DNA of 64,000 bases from Alphaproteobacteria bacterium (GTDB taxonomy: Bacteria > Pseudomonadota > Alphaproteobacteria > GCA-2731375), in NCBI GenBank assembly GCA_965232515.1, contig CBDDPY010000002.1, forward strand, positions 6,336,001 to 6,400,000, written 5' to 3'. A model generated the notes under the pieces. The model saw only the letters and a program-made list of their open reading frames with translations, had not been told where the DNA came from and searched no databases. This document shows positions 51,496 through 60,939 of the stretch, one piece after another. The position numbers and the translations under genes were made by a program. Numbering within the stretch: the first letter of the stretch is position 1; each line of letters begins with the position of its first letter.

Positions 51496-51700
51496 GCTGG
51501 TGGTGTCTCCGTCGTTGATAAGGCGCGGGCCGCGATTATGCCCAGGCCTGGCCGTCCGCCGCAATCGGCCCATGCATCGGCCGCAATGCTGCACTGCAAA
51601 ATAAGAAAAAGACAGTGGGGCTCTACCGACCCATATAGCGGTCTGAGAGTGGGATAACAGCCACGCGCGGCCCCATGGGCCAGTTTGACGGTACAGTAAG

Positions 51701-52201
51701 ATGACGACACAAAAGACGCTCGAAACCCGGTATCCCCAACTTAGGGACACTGATGTTCAGGCCGTGCTCGCGACCGCCCGCAAGGTCCGGGCCGAGACGG
51801 CGGAACGATATCTGCGCGACGGTGGCCGTTTCCTGATCGAGGTGATTGGCGGACTGTTCGGTGGTCTCGCCAAGCTGATCAGGCAGCGCGCCGCCATTCG
51901 TGAGCTGCAGCAGCTTGATGACCACATGCTGGCCGATATCGGCCTCAGCCGGTCGCAGATTACGGCTGCCGCCACCGGTCGCCTTCCGCATCCGCGCCTG
52001 TTGCAGGATGCCGGTCGGATCGTGAGCCGCTTCGCCCATCGGCTGGCTGATTGGGAGCGTGCGAACCACGCGAACGATTATCTCCGCCGGATGGACGATC
52101 GGTTGCTGGCCGATATCGGGCTGACCCGGGGTGATATCCGGCTTGCCGAGGGCAGCGACGGCACCGAGCCGGCCAAGCGCCGCGATCGGGACGCTGCCTA
52201 A
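51701..52201 (+). CDS. Protein with two DUF1127 domains
   Basis: RELQQLDDHMLADIGLSRSQI and DYLRRMDDRLLADIGLTRGDI both match the L.D..L.DIG..R.(D/Q)I signature. Confidence 0.85.
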   Translation: MTTQKTLETRYPQLRDTDVQAVLATARKVRAETAERYLRDGGRFLIEVIGGLFGGLAKLIRQRAAIRELQQLDDHMLADIGLSRSQITAAATGRLPHPRLLQDAGRIVSRFAHRLADWERANHANDYLRRMDDRLLADIGLTRGDIRLAEGSDGTEPAKRRDRDAA

Positions 52202-53082
52202 GACAACTTACGCCGGCGCAACGCCAGGGTTGGCCAGTCGCCCAGCGTGATCCGACGCCAAAACGAGAATCCAAAGGAGCGGTAGGCCGAAAGGACCTGC
52301 CGCTCCTGGCTTTTCAGCAACCCGCTCAGGACGATGTAGGCATCCGGGTCGGCCACGGCCGAGACAGTCGGCGCCAATCGGACCAGCGGCCGCGCCAGGA
52401 TATTGGCGACGATCAGGTCGTGCGTCCGGCCGCGCCGCGGTGCGATGCCGTCCGCCGCGAACGTTCTGACCAGCCGGCCAACGCCGTTCCGGCGGGCATT
52501 CTCTTGCGCGGTTGCCACCGCAATCGGGTCGATATCGCCGGCCTCAACAGGCCGTCGCCAGCAACGGGCCATGGCGATCGCCAGAACGCCCGAGCCGCAG
52601 CCCAGATCGAGGCACTGACGATAGCGCGCGCGGCGGGCCAGCCGGTCCAGCATCAGCAGGCAACCCCGCGTGGTCTCGTGCTGGCCGGTGCCGAACGCAC
52701 GTCCGGCCTCGAGCTCGATGGCGATCGCGCCGTGCGGCGCCGTGCCGCGGTCGTGCCGGCCGTGGACGTAGAACCGGCCGGCCGCGATCGGCGGCAGCGC
52801 TTCCTGCGACCGCGAGACCCAATCGACATCCGGCACGGCCGTCAGGCGCAGTTCCGGCGGCGGCATGTCCCGCGCCGCGGCGATGGCGCAGGCGCGTGAG
52901 TTGAGCGCGACGACGTCGGGCGGCTCGACGAACCAGGCATCGATTTGCCACAGATCGCCGTCACCGGTTTCGAACGACGACAGGCCGGCCGCCGTGTCGA
53001 CGGCGGCCTCGAATGCTTCGGCCGCGGATTTCGGTACGATCAGGCTGACCTGCCAGGACGGCTGAGGCAGCAATTTGTTCAT
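52198..53082 (-). CDS. prmA: Ribosomal protein L11 methyltransferase
   Basis: AFGTGQHETT, LDLGCGSGVLAI, DLIVANILA, LSGLL motifs. Confidence 0.92.
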   Translation of the reverse strand: MNKLLPQPSWQVSLIVPKSAAEAFEAAVDTAAGLSSFETGDGDLWQIDAWFVEPPDVVALNSRACAIAAARDMPPPELRLTAVPDVDWVSRSQEALPPIAAGRFYVHGRHDRGTAPHGAIAIELEAGRAFGTGQHETTRGCLLMLDRLARRARYRQCLDLGCGSGVLAIAMARCWRRPVEAGDIDPIAVATAQENARRNGVGRLVRTFAADGIAPRRGRTHDLIVANILARPLVRLAPTVSAVADPDAYIVLSGLLKSQERQVLSAYRSFGFSFWRRITLGDWPTLALRRRKLS

Positions 53083-54032
53083 GCCGCGCCGCCGCGCGGC
53101 GTAATCGCAGTCTCGATGAAAACCTGTTCGTCGGTCGCGCGCCCCTCGACCTGACCGCGCCAAGTCAGCCGCAGGATCGACCGCAGCACCAGGCCGGTCT
53201 CCAGATCATAAACCGCGTGGCCGGCGATCTGCAGTGTCATACGGTCAGATCCGTTCACGAACAGCATCCCACCGTCGTAGACGGCGAGCAGCGCCGCGCG
53301 GTCGGCGTAGCGCGTCGGCCCGGCGACGCGGGTGCGGATGTCGTCGCGTTCGACCTTGGCCGAGGTTCGCGCCGTCAGGCGTCGCACGGCTGACGGCGGG
53401 CCAAGATTATCGCCTGCCGCGACGGTATTCGCCGGTAACGGCGCGGCCAGATAGCGCAGGCTGTCGGCCAGTGTCTCGTATTCTGCGTCGCCGCGCGCGG
53501 GCAGGGCGGTCCCACGCGCACGCAGGGCCGGAAAATCCAGCACCACGCCACGGACGGCGCCGGTCTCTGTCGTTGTCATCCGTCCGGCCGCGAGTGGTGG
53601 CCGCAGCGCCGACAGGCGGCGTCGGCGGTCCTCGAAGGTCAGGATCGACAGGTCCCACAGCACGTCGGCGCCGACCCGAACGGCCTTTCCCAGACCCTGC
53701 AGGCTGTAGTCGTTGCGGCTGCCCGTGACCCGGACCGACATGGCGAACTCGTTCGGCGCGACGAAATGCAGCCGTACCGGCTTTGCCGCCTCGTCGACCG
53801 GACCGGCGTAACCGCCGAGCCTGTTGTCGACATCCGGCTGGTCGCCGCGGCCAAACGCCATCTCCGGCAGCAAATCACTGGCGGCATAAGCGTCGCCGTC
53901 GCCGGACGGCAGGCTCAGGTCCGGAAGCGACATGTCCTTGAATGGATTCAGGCTGTCGAGATCGGTGCTTTCGCACCCCGACAGCAGGCAGCCGCCGATG
54001 ACGACGGCCTTAAGGCCCCACCGATTGCTCAT
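53079..54032 (-). CDS. Hypothetical lipoprotein
   Basis: MSNRWGLKAVVIGGCLLSGC lipobox; 4-nt overlaps with both the uvrD stop and the prmA start. Confidence 0.7.
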   Translation of the reverse strand: MSNRWGLKAVVIGGCLLSGCESTDLDSLNPFKDMSLPDLSLPSGDGDAYAASDLLPEMAFGRGDQPDVDNRLGGYAGPVDEAAKPVRLHFVAPNEFAMSVRVTGSRNDYSLQGLGKAVRVGADVLWDLSILTFEDRRRRLSALRPPLAAGRMTTTETGAVRGVVLDFPALRARGTALPARGDAEYETLADSLRYLAAPLPANTVAAGDNLGPPSAVRRLTARTSAKVERDDIRTRVAGPTRYADRAALLAVYDGGMLFVNGSDRMTLQIAGHAVYDLETGLVLRSILRLTWRGQVEGRATDEQVFIETAITPRGGAA

Positions 54033-56317
54033 ACGCGCTCGACGAAGGAATCGATGACTTTCTTGCTGCCGGCCTTGTCGAAATCGATCTGCAGCTTGTT
54101 GCCCTCGATCGTCTTGATGTGGCCGTAGCCGAACTTCATGTGAAAGACCCGGTCGCCAACGACGAAGCTGCTGGCGTCGGGGTCGCTGGTCACCAGCGTT
54201 TCCGCATGACCCTCGATATAGCCGGGACCGCCGCGGCCGGCTTGCGCCCGCATGCGGTTGCTGCGCCCGCCCCAGTAGCCGTCGGCGAACGCGCCCTGCA
54301 TGGCGACGAAGCCGCCGTCCGACAAGCCCTGGTCGGCGCTGCGCTCGACATGCTGCTCGGGGATCTCGCCGATGAACCGTGAGGGCAGGGCGTTCTGCCA
54401 GCGGTCGAACACTCGGCGGTTGGCGGCATAGGTGACGACGGCGCGTTTGCGGGCGCGGGTCAGGCCCACATAGGCAAGGCGGCGTTCTTCTTCCAGGCCG
54501 GCATTGCCGGATTCGTCGAGGGCGCGCTGGTGCGGGAAAATGCCTTCCTCCCACCCCGGCAGGAACACCGAGTCGAACTCCAGCCCCTTTGCGCCGTGCA
54601 ACGTCATCACGTTGACGGCATCGTCGGCCGCGGCCGTCTCGTTCTCGTTCACCAGACTGACATGCTCCAGGAAGCCTGCCAGGTTCTCGAACTGGCCGAG
54701 CGCGTGGATCAGTTCCTTTAAGTTCTCGAGTTTCGATGGCGCGTTCGCCGACTTGTCCTGCTGCCACATCTCCGTGTAGCCGCTCTCGTCCAGGATGGTC
54801 TCGACCAGTTCGGGGTGTGGCATGCCGTCCAGCAGGCCGCGCCAGCGGTCGAAGCTCATCATCAGATCGAGCAGGCTCTTGCGCGCCCGCGGCTTCAGGT
54901 CCTCGGTTTGGGTCAGCAGTTGCGCCGCCGCGGTCAATGGGATGCCCTGGCTGCGGGCGGCGTGGTGCAGCGCCTGCAGCGTCGCGTTGCCGAGGCCCCG
55001 CTTCGGCTTGTTGACGATGCGCTCGAAGGCGAGATCGTCGGCCGGCTGCGCGATCACCCGGCAATAGGCGATGGCGTCGCGGATCTCCTCGCGTTCGTAG
55101 AACCGGAAGCCGCCGATCAGACGATAAGGAACGCCAAGCGTGATGAAGCGTTCCTCGAACTCGCGGGTCTGAAAGCTGGCCCGCACCAAGATCGCGATGT
55201 CGTTCAGCGGATGCTCGTCGCGCTGCAGCGCCTCGATCTCGTCGCCGACGACGCGGGCTTCTTCCTCGCCGTCCCAGACGCCGCGTATCGTGATGGTCTC
55301 GCCGCCCAGCGCCTCGGTCCACAGCGTCTTGCCGAGCCGATCCTGGTTATGCGCGATCAATCCGGAGGCCGCGCCCAGAATGTGCGTCGTCGAGCGGTAG
55401 TTGCGCTCCAGCCGGATGACCTTGGCGCCCGGGAAGTCGGTCTCGAAGCGCAGGATGTTGCCGACCTCGGCCCCGCGCCAGGAATAGATCGATTGGTCGT
55501 CGTCGCCGACGCAGCAAATGTTCTTGTGCTTCTGCGCCAACAGCCGCAGCAGCAGGTACTGCAGCACGTTGGTGTCCTGATACTCGTCGACCAGGATGTA
55601 GCGGAACTGATCCTGGAACCGCTCCAGCACCTCCGGGTTTTCGGTGAAGATGGTCAGGCAGTGCAGCAGCAGGTCGCCGAAGTCGCAGGCGTTCAGCGTC
55701 CGCAGGCGTTCCTGATAGGCCTTGTAGAGCTCGGCGCCGCGGCCGTTGGCAAACGCCTCGGCGTCGTGCGGCGGCACCTTGTCGGGCGTCAGGCCCTTGT
55801 CCTTCCAGCGGTCGATGACGGCGGCCAGCATCCGCGGCGGCCAGCGCTTCTGGTCGATATCCGCCGCTTCCAGCAGCTGCTTTATCAGACGCTGCTGGTC
55901 GTCCGGGTCGAGAATCGTGAAGTTCGACTTCAGGCCGACCAGCTCGGCATGCCGCCGCAACACCCGCACCCCGATCGAATGGAACGTGCCGAGCCAGATG
56001 CCCTCGACCGCTCGGCCGACCAGGGCGGCCACCCGTTCCTGCATCTCCCGTGCCGCTTTATTGGTGAACGTTACGGCCAGGATCTGGCTGGGCCAGGCCC
56101 GCCTGAGGTGCAGGATATGCGCCAGCCGCGTCGTCAGCACCCGCGTCTTGCCGGTGCCGGCCCCGGCCAGCACCAGAACCGGACCATCGACGGCCTCGAC
56201 GGCCGCGCGCTGCTCCTCGTTCAGCGCGGTGACATAGGGCGCCGGTGCCAGCGCGACATCCTGCGATGCCGGCGCGGCCGGTTCCTCGACACTGCCAAGA
56301 TCGAATGGGTCGGACAT
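54029..56317 (-). CDS. uvrD: SF1 DNA helicase UvrD/PcrA
   Basis: AGAGTGKT, VDEYQD, GDDDQSIY, NYRS, EERRLAYV motifs; C-terminal Tudor-like domain. Confidence 0.96.
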   Translation of the reverse strand: MSDPFDLGSVEEPAAPASQDVALAPAPYVTALNEEQRAAVEAVDGPVLVLAGAGTGKTRVLTTRLAHILHLRRAWPSQILAVTFTNKAAREMQERVAALVGRAVEGIWLGTFHSIGVRVLRRHAELVGLKSNFTILDPDDQQRLIKQLLEAADIDQKRWPPRMLAAVIDRWKDKGLTPDKVPPHDAEAFANGRGAELYKAYQERLRTLNACDFGDLLLHCLTIFTENPEVLERFQDQFRYILVDEYQDTNVLQYLLLRLLAQKHKNICCVGDDDQSIYSWRGAEVGNILRFETDFPGAKVIRLERNYRSTTHILGAASGLIAHNQDRLGKTLWTEALGGETITIRGVWDGEEEARVVGDEIEALQRDEHPLNDIAILVRASFQTREFEERFITLGVPYRLIGGFRFYEREEIRDAIAYCRVIAQPADDLAFERIVNKPKRGLGNATLQALHHAARSQGIPLTAAAQLLTQTEDLKPRARKSLLDLMMSFDRWRGLLDGMPHPELVETILDESGYTEMWQQDKSANAPSKLENLKELIHALGQFENLAGFLEHVSLVNENETAAADDAVNVMTLHGAKGLEFDSVFLPGWEEGIFPHQRALDESGNAGLEEERRLAYVGLTRARKRAVVTYAANRRVFDRWQNALPSRFIGEIPEQHVERSADQGLSDGGFVAMQGAFADGYWGGRSNRMRAQAGRGGPGYIEGHAETLVTSDPDASSFVVGDRVFHMKFGYGHIKTIEGNKLQIDFDKAGSKKVIDSFVERV

Positions 56318-56357
56318 GACTAAGACGCTATATAGCACGGCCGGCGCGGCGTGCGAC

Positions 56358-56372
56358 GTTCGGTTTTCGTTC
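56358..56372. promoter_or_regulatory. LexA (SOS) box upstream of uvrD
   Basis: GTTC-GGTTTTC-GTTC is an exact GTTC-N7-GTTC about 40 bp upstream of the uvrD start. Confidence 0.75.
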
Positions 56373-57267
56373 AATCATTTCGCCGGCCCAGAAGGCGCGG
56401 TTCGCAGGCCCGAAATTCGCGTTTGATCCAGTCGGCCACCTGTCGCACCCAGGGCAAACGCGCCAGATCCCGGTGCACGATCAGCCAGTAGTCGGCGAGC
56501 AGATCGTCGATCGGTGCGCTCACCCGCATCATCCGGCGATCCGCGTCGCCGAAATAGCAGGGCAGGATGCCGAGGCCGGCGCCGGCCGCGACCGCGTCGC
56601 GAATCAGGTTGGTTTGCGACAGCCGCACGGCGACAGGTTTGCCGCCGAGGCGCTCGGCCAGCCAGCGTTCCGAATAGTAGTGCGCCTGCGCCTCGCTGAA
56701 TGCGATCCAGTCGCAGGTTTCGTATCGGGCTTCGGTCGCCGACGCCGGGTGCCGCTCGACATAGTCGCGGCCGCCATAGATGGCGCTCGCCATGTAGCCG
56801 ATTTTCGCGGTGACAAAATCGCCCGTGACCGGCAAGCCGTGGCGCACGGCGATGTCGGCGTCATAGCGCGCGAGGCTGCTGGTGCGCTCGGAGACCGTGA
56901 TCTCCACGTCGATGCCCGGCAGGTCCCGGCGCAGAACGGCGAGCCGATCGGCCAGGAACAGGGAGGTCCATTCGCTGACGGACAGTCGGACGTTTCCCGT
57001 CGCCTCATCGGCCAAGCCGTGGCGTTTGCGGTTCAGGTCGCCGGCGGCCGTTGCCATCGCTTCCGCCGCCGGCAGCAGTTCGGCCCCAGCGCTGGTCAAC
57101 CTGTGGCCGTCGCGCCTGCGTTCGAACAGCGGCAGCCCCAGGGAAGCTTCGAGCGCCTGCAGGCGTCGGCCGACGGTTGGCTGACTGACGCCAAGCTCGC
57201 GCGCCGCCGACCGCAGGCTGCCGCTGCGGGCCACCGTCAGAAAAGTCCGGACATCGCTCCATTCCAT
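56371..57267 (-). CDS. LysR-family transcriptional regulator
   Basis: W.DVR.F..VARSGSL..AARELGVSQPTVGRR HTH; divergent from a DMT gene. Confidence 0.95.
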   Translation of the reverse strand: MEWSDVRTFLTVARSGSLRSAARELGVSQPTVGRRLQALEASLGLPLFERRRDGHRLTSAGAELLPAAEAMATAAGDLNRKRHGLADEATGNVRLSVSEWTSLFLADRLAVLRRDLPGIDVEITVSERTSSLARYDADIAVRHGLPVTGDFVTAKIGYMASAIYGGRDYVERHPASATEARYETCDWIAFSEAQAHYYSERWLAERLGGKPVAVRLSQTNLIRDAVAAGAGLGILPCYFGDADRRMMRVSAPIDDLLADYWLIVHRDLARLPWVRQVADWIKREFRACEPRLLGRRND

Positions 57268-57384
57268 GACGATGCCTCCACGTGAAACAAATTTGTATCG
57301 TAACGTACCAAATTAGGCGATATCGACACGAATTTTTGCCATCTAGATTGCGCTGACGCGAGGACGACGACAGCGGAGGCTTGG

Positions 57385-58311
57385 ATGATGAACGTCACGA
57401 AAGGCGGAATGGTGACGCTGGCGGCAGTGGGTTCCTGGGCCCTGCTGCTGGTGGTCAGCCGGGCGCTGCTGCTGGCTTGGGACCTCGATCCCTGGGCGTT
57501 CAGCTTCATCCAGCTCATCAGCGGCGGTCTGTTCCTGCTGTTGCTGTCCTCCGGCGGCTCGGCGCCGGTGTCGGCCCTGCGTCGCCTGGACACCTGGATC
57601 TTCGGCGGATTGCGGGTGTTGACCGCGTCCGCCTTCACCGCCGCGCTTGTGCATGTCAGCGTCCTGCAGGTGGGCCTGCTCGGCGTCATGAACGTGCCGA
57701 TGGCGGCGTTGGCGGTCTGGTTCGTCTTCGGCCGCGTGCCCGGGCGTCGCGAGTTGCCGGGCCATCTTGCGATCCTGACCGGCATCGCCCTGTTGATCGC
57801 CCGGCTGGACGGCGGTCTCGCCAATCCGGCGGTCTGGCTGATCGTGATTTCCGAGATCGCCGTGGTCGCCTCCAGCCTGATCGCCGAGGCGCACCCCAAC
57901 AATCAGGGGGACGGCCTGCGGGCGCGCCTGCGCTTTACCGGCCTGACACTGGTCGTAACGGCGCTGATCTTCCTTGTCGTCCGCGCCGGCCAATCGGTGT
58001 TGACCGGCGACGGCGGCGCGCTCGGCCTGGACGGGCTGACGTCACCGTCGCTGTGGCTCGCCGGCCTCGTCGTCGGCGTCGCCTTGCGGGGACCGTCGAT
58101 GTACCTGACCTTCTGGTCGATCAACGCCGTCGGCACGCACAACTATCTCGCCGCCGTGGCGTTCCTGCCGTTGGTGGGCCAGGCCTTCGAATATCTGCTG
58201 GCGCTCGGCGGCTGGCTGCCGATGCCGGCCGTCGACGTCTATGACGTCGGCCTGATCGCTGCCATCATCGGCGGCGCCTGTCTGATCCTGCGGTTAAGAA
58301 GGGCCGGCTAG
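57385..58311 (+). CDS. DMT/EamA-like multipass membrane transporter
   Basis: ~10 hydrophobic segments in a ~300-aa protein; GGAGG RBS; divergent from the LysR gene. Confidence 0.65.
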   Translation: MMNVTKGGMVTLAAVGSWALLLVVSRALLLAWDLDPWAFSFIQLISGGLFLLLLSSGGSAPVSALRRLDTWIFGGLRVLTASAFTAALVHVSVLQVGLLGVMNVPMAALAVWFVFGRVPGRRELPGHLAILTGIALLIARLDGGLANPAVWLIVISEIAVVASSLIAEAHPNNQGDGLRARLRFTGLTLVVTALIFLVVRAGQSVLTGDGGALGLDGLTSPSLWLAGLVVGVALRGPSMYLTFWSINAVGTHNYLAAVAFLPLVGQAFEYLLALGGWLPMPAVDVYDVGLIAAIIGGACLILRLRRAG

Positions 58312-58314
58312 CGC

Positions 58315-59703
58315 TTAGTTGGCCGGCAGCATCTTGCCGGGATTCATGATGTTCTGCGGGTCAATCGCCGTTTTCAGCGCCCGCATGACGCTGATCGCCG
58401 GCCCGTGCTCCTCGGTCATGTATTTGATCTTGCCCAGGCCGACCCCGTGCTCGCCGGTGCAGGTGCCGTCCATCGACAGCGCCCGGGCGACCAGCCGCTC
58501 GTTGATGCGCTCGGCTTCCTTGACCTCGTTCTCGTCGTTCATGTCCAGAACGAAGGCGATGTGGAAGTTGCCGTCGCCGACATGGCCGACGATGGGCGCG
58601 ATCAGGAACGACTCCTCAAGATCCTGTTTGGTCTCGAGAATGCATTCTGCGAGGCGCGAAATCGGCACGCAAACATCAGTGGCCCAGACCTCGCAACCGG
58701 TCCGGAGCGCTTTTGCCGCATAGGCCGCGTCGTGCCGGGCCTGCCAGAGCTTGTTGCGCTGTTCCGGATTGGTCGTCCATTGGAAGTCCGAGCCGCCGAG
58801 ATCGTCGGCGAGCGCTTTCACCATCTCGGCCTGTTCGGCGACGCCGGCGTCGGTGCCGTGGAACTCCAGGAACAGCGTCGGCTTCACCGGATAGTCCAGG
58901 CCGGAAAACTTGTTGACGGCGTCGAGCTGCACCTCGTCCAGCAGCTCGATGCGGGCGATCGGGATGCCGGACTGGATGGTCAGGATCACCGTGTTGACCG
59001 CGCCTTCCAGGTCGTCAAAGGCGACCACGGCGGACGAGATTGCTTCCGGAATCCCGTAGAGCCTGAGCGTGATCTCGGTGATGATGCCGAGTGTGCCCTC
59101 CGAGCCGACGAACAGCCGGGTCAGGTCGTAGCCGGCCGAGGATTTCTTCGCCCGCCGGGCGGTCTTGATGATGCGGCCGTCGGCCATGACCACGGTCAGG
59201 CCCAGCACGTTCTCGCGCATGGTGCCGTAGCGCACGGCGTTGGTGCCGGACGCCCGCGTCGCCGTCATGCCCCCCAGGCTGGCGTCGGCGCCGGGATCGA
59301 TCGGGAAGAACAGGCCGGTGTCGCGCAGGTATTCGTTCAGCTGCTTGCGGGTGACGCCCGGCTGCACCCGGCAGTCCAGGTCCTCGGCGTTCACCTCCAG
59401 CACCTCGTTCATGTTCATGAGGTCGATGGAGATGCCACCTTTTGGCGCGTGCACATGGCCTTCCAGCGACGTGCCGGTGCCGTAGGGGATCACCGGCGTG
59501 TCGTGGGCGGCGCAGATCTTGACGATCTCGGCCACTTCCTCGGTCGAGTTGGCGAAGGCCACCCCGTCGGGCGCCATGGTGGCGTAATAGGCCTCGTCCG
59601 TGCCGTGCCGGTCGCGCACCGCCTGCGACGTGCTCAGGCGGTCGCCCAGCAGCGCCTTCAGCTCGGTGATTACGCTGTCGATTTCCAGCGGCGCAACGCT
59701 CAT
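58315..59703 (-). CDS. FAD-linked oxidase, D-lactate dehydrogenase (cytochrome)/GlcD family
   Basis: GTGTSLEGH, FPIDPGADA, GSEGTLG, GHVGDGNFH, GEHGVG motifs. Confidence 0.93.
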   Translation of the reverse strand: MSVAPLEIDSVITELKALLGDRLSTSQAVRDRHGTDEAYYATMAPDGVAFANSTEEVAEIVKICAAHDTPVIPYGTGTSLEGHVHAPKGGISIDLMNMNEVLEVNAEDLDCRVQPGVTRKQLNEYLRDTGLFFPIDPGADASLGGMTATRASGTNAVRYGTMRENVLGLTVVMADGRIIKTARRAKKSSAGYDLTRLFVGSEGTLGIITEITLRLYGIPEAISSAVVAFDDLEGAVNTVILTIQSGIPIARIELLDEVQLDAVNKFSGLDYPVKPTLFLEFHGTDAGVAEQAEMVKALADDLGGSDFQWTTNPEQRNKLWQARHDAAYAAKALRTGCEVWATDVCVPISRLAECILETKQDLEESFLIAPIVGHVGDGNFHIAFVLDMNDENEVKEAERINERLVARALSMDGTCTGEHGVGLGKIKYMTEEHGPAISVMRALKTAIDPQNIMNPGKMLPAN

Positions 59704-59860
59704 CGTTTCCCACTCCTGTCAGGCGACCCCAGATGTCCTTGCCGACAATGTACGTTCCGGTCTGCCTCCCGGCAACTCCGGCACCCCCGAACCGGCTTGA
59801 GTGAATTGGTTAATCCTGCTTCGATGACGGCATAGGTTAACCAGTCATCAGGAGAGCGCC

Positions 59861-60640
59861 ATGGCCGCGACCGGCAACGTCACCCCGATCCCCAAGGGCA
59901 TGACCCCGGAAGAATGGCAGACCCGCTGCGAGCTCGCGGCCTGCTATCGGCTGACCGCGCTCTACGGCTGGACCGACCTCACCGGCACCCATATCTCGGC
60001 CCGGATCCCCGGCACGGACGAGTTCCTGCTCAATCCCTTCGGCATGCTGTTCGACGAGATCACGGCCTCGGCGCTGATCAAGGTCGATCACGAGGGCAAG
60101 CTGCTGAGCGAGAGCGACTTCCCCATCAACCCGGCCGGCTTCACCATTCATTCGGCCGTGCACATGGCGTCTGCCGACATGAACTGCGTGATGCACACCC
60201 ATACGCGCGCCGGCAACGCGGTCGCCATGCTGAAGGAAGGCCTGCTGCCGCTGAACCAGAAGGCCCTGCTGATCCTCGGCTTCGTCGCCTATCACGACTA
60301 CGAGGGCGCGGCGCTGGATCTCGACGAGCGCGAGCGCATCGTCCGCAATCTCGGCGACAACCGGATCCTGTTCCTGCGCAACCACGGCCTGCTGACGGTG
60401 GGCAAAACCATCGGCGAGGCCTTCGTCTGGATGTACCGGGCCGAGACCGCCTGCCAGTTCCAGGTCGACGCGCTGTCCTGCAGTCGCGAGCTCAACGCGC
60501 TCAGCCAGGAAACCATCGACCACGTCATCGCCCAGGGCCGGGAGATCTTCGCCGAAGGCGGCTTCGCCGCCGCCGGCCACGAATGGCCGGCCCTTATCCG
60601 CCAGCTCGAACGCGAAATCGGCACCGACTACCGGACCTGA
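59861..60640 (+). CDS. Class II aldolase/adducin family protein
   Basis: THISAR, NPAGFTIHSAVH, HTHT, LRNHG motifs. Confidence 0.93.
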   Translation: MAATGNVTPIPKGMTPEEWQTRCELAACYRLTALYGWTDLTGTHISARIPGTDEFLLNPFGMLFDEITASALIKVDHEGKLLSESDFPINPAGFTIHSAVHMASADMNCVMHTHTRAGNAVAMLKEGLLPLNQKALLILGFVAYHDYEGAALDLDERERIVRNLGDNRILFLRNHGLLTVGKTIGEAFVWMYRAETACQFQVDALSCSRELNALSQETIDHVIAQGREIFAEGGFAAAGHEWPALIRQLEREIGTDYRT

Positions 60641-60660
60641 CGGCCAGTCGTTGGCCGTTT
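60641..60660 (+). terminator. Small hairpin plus U run after the aldolase gene
   Basis: CGGCCA-GTCGT-TGGCCG-TTT. Confidence 0.4.
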
Positions 60661-60760
60661 GCTGGCTGGGCGCAGGGCACACTGCAGAAGCAAGGGTAGA
60701 AAAAACCTGAGATTGTGCTATTTTAACGAATAACGATCCGATTGCTTGAGGAAGCAAGCG

Positions 60761-60877
60761 TTGAGATTTTGCGGATACTTTACGACGACCTGCGGCCCGG
60801 CCCGATTAACGTCGGTCGGGCGTCGCGCCCCGAGCCTTCCGCGCATCATGCCGGGTGGTTCTGACGACGGGCTTTGA
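60761..60877 (+). CDS. Putative 38-aa leader peptide (uORF) of the RNA-repair operon
   Basis: GAGGA (60748-60752) lies 8 nt before TTG. Open frame MRFCGYFTTTCGPARLTSVGRRAPSLPRIMPGGSDDGL*; in-frame ATG at 60848. Confidence 0.4.
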   Translation: MRFCGYFTTTCGPARLTSVGRRAPSLPRIMPGGSDDGL

Positions 60878-60905
60878 TCCGAACGAGATCGACCGCCGTC
60901 GAAGG

Positions 60906-60939
60906 ACCCTCCCACACAGACGTGCTGGGAGGGTTTTTT
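60906..60939 (+). terminator. Intrinsic terminator immediately upstream of the nucleotidyltransferase (attenuator-like position)
   Basis: ACCCTCCCA/TGGGAGGGT stem with inner CAC/GTG, ending in TTTTTT (60934-60939), ~30 nt before ATG 60968. Confidence 0.85.

Noticed and set aside
51615-51690. TPP-riboswitch-like GGGG...CTGAGA
   Set aside because: It lacks the downstream ACCTGA...TAATxCC...GCGxAGG core and there is no thiamine gene downstream.
60780-60905. tRNA or Y-RNA (Yrl) interpretation of the repair-operon leader
   Set aside because: No T-loop GTTCRA or cloverleaf is evident and no Ro/Rsr gene is in the window. A covariance-model search is needed to exclude it fully.
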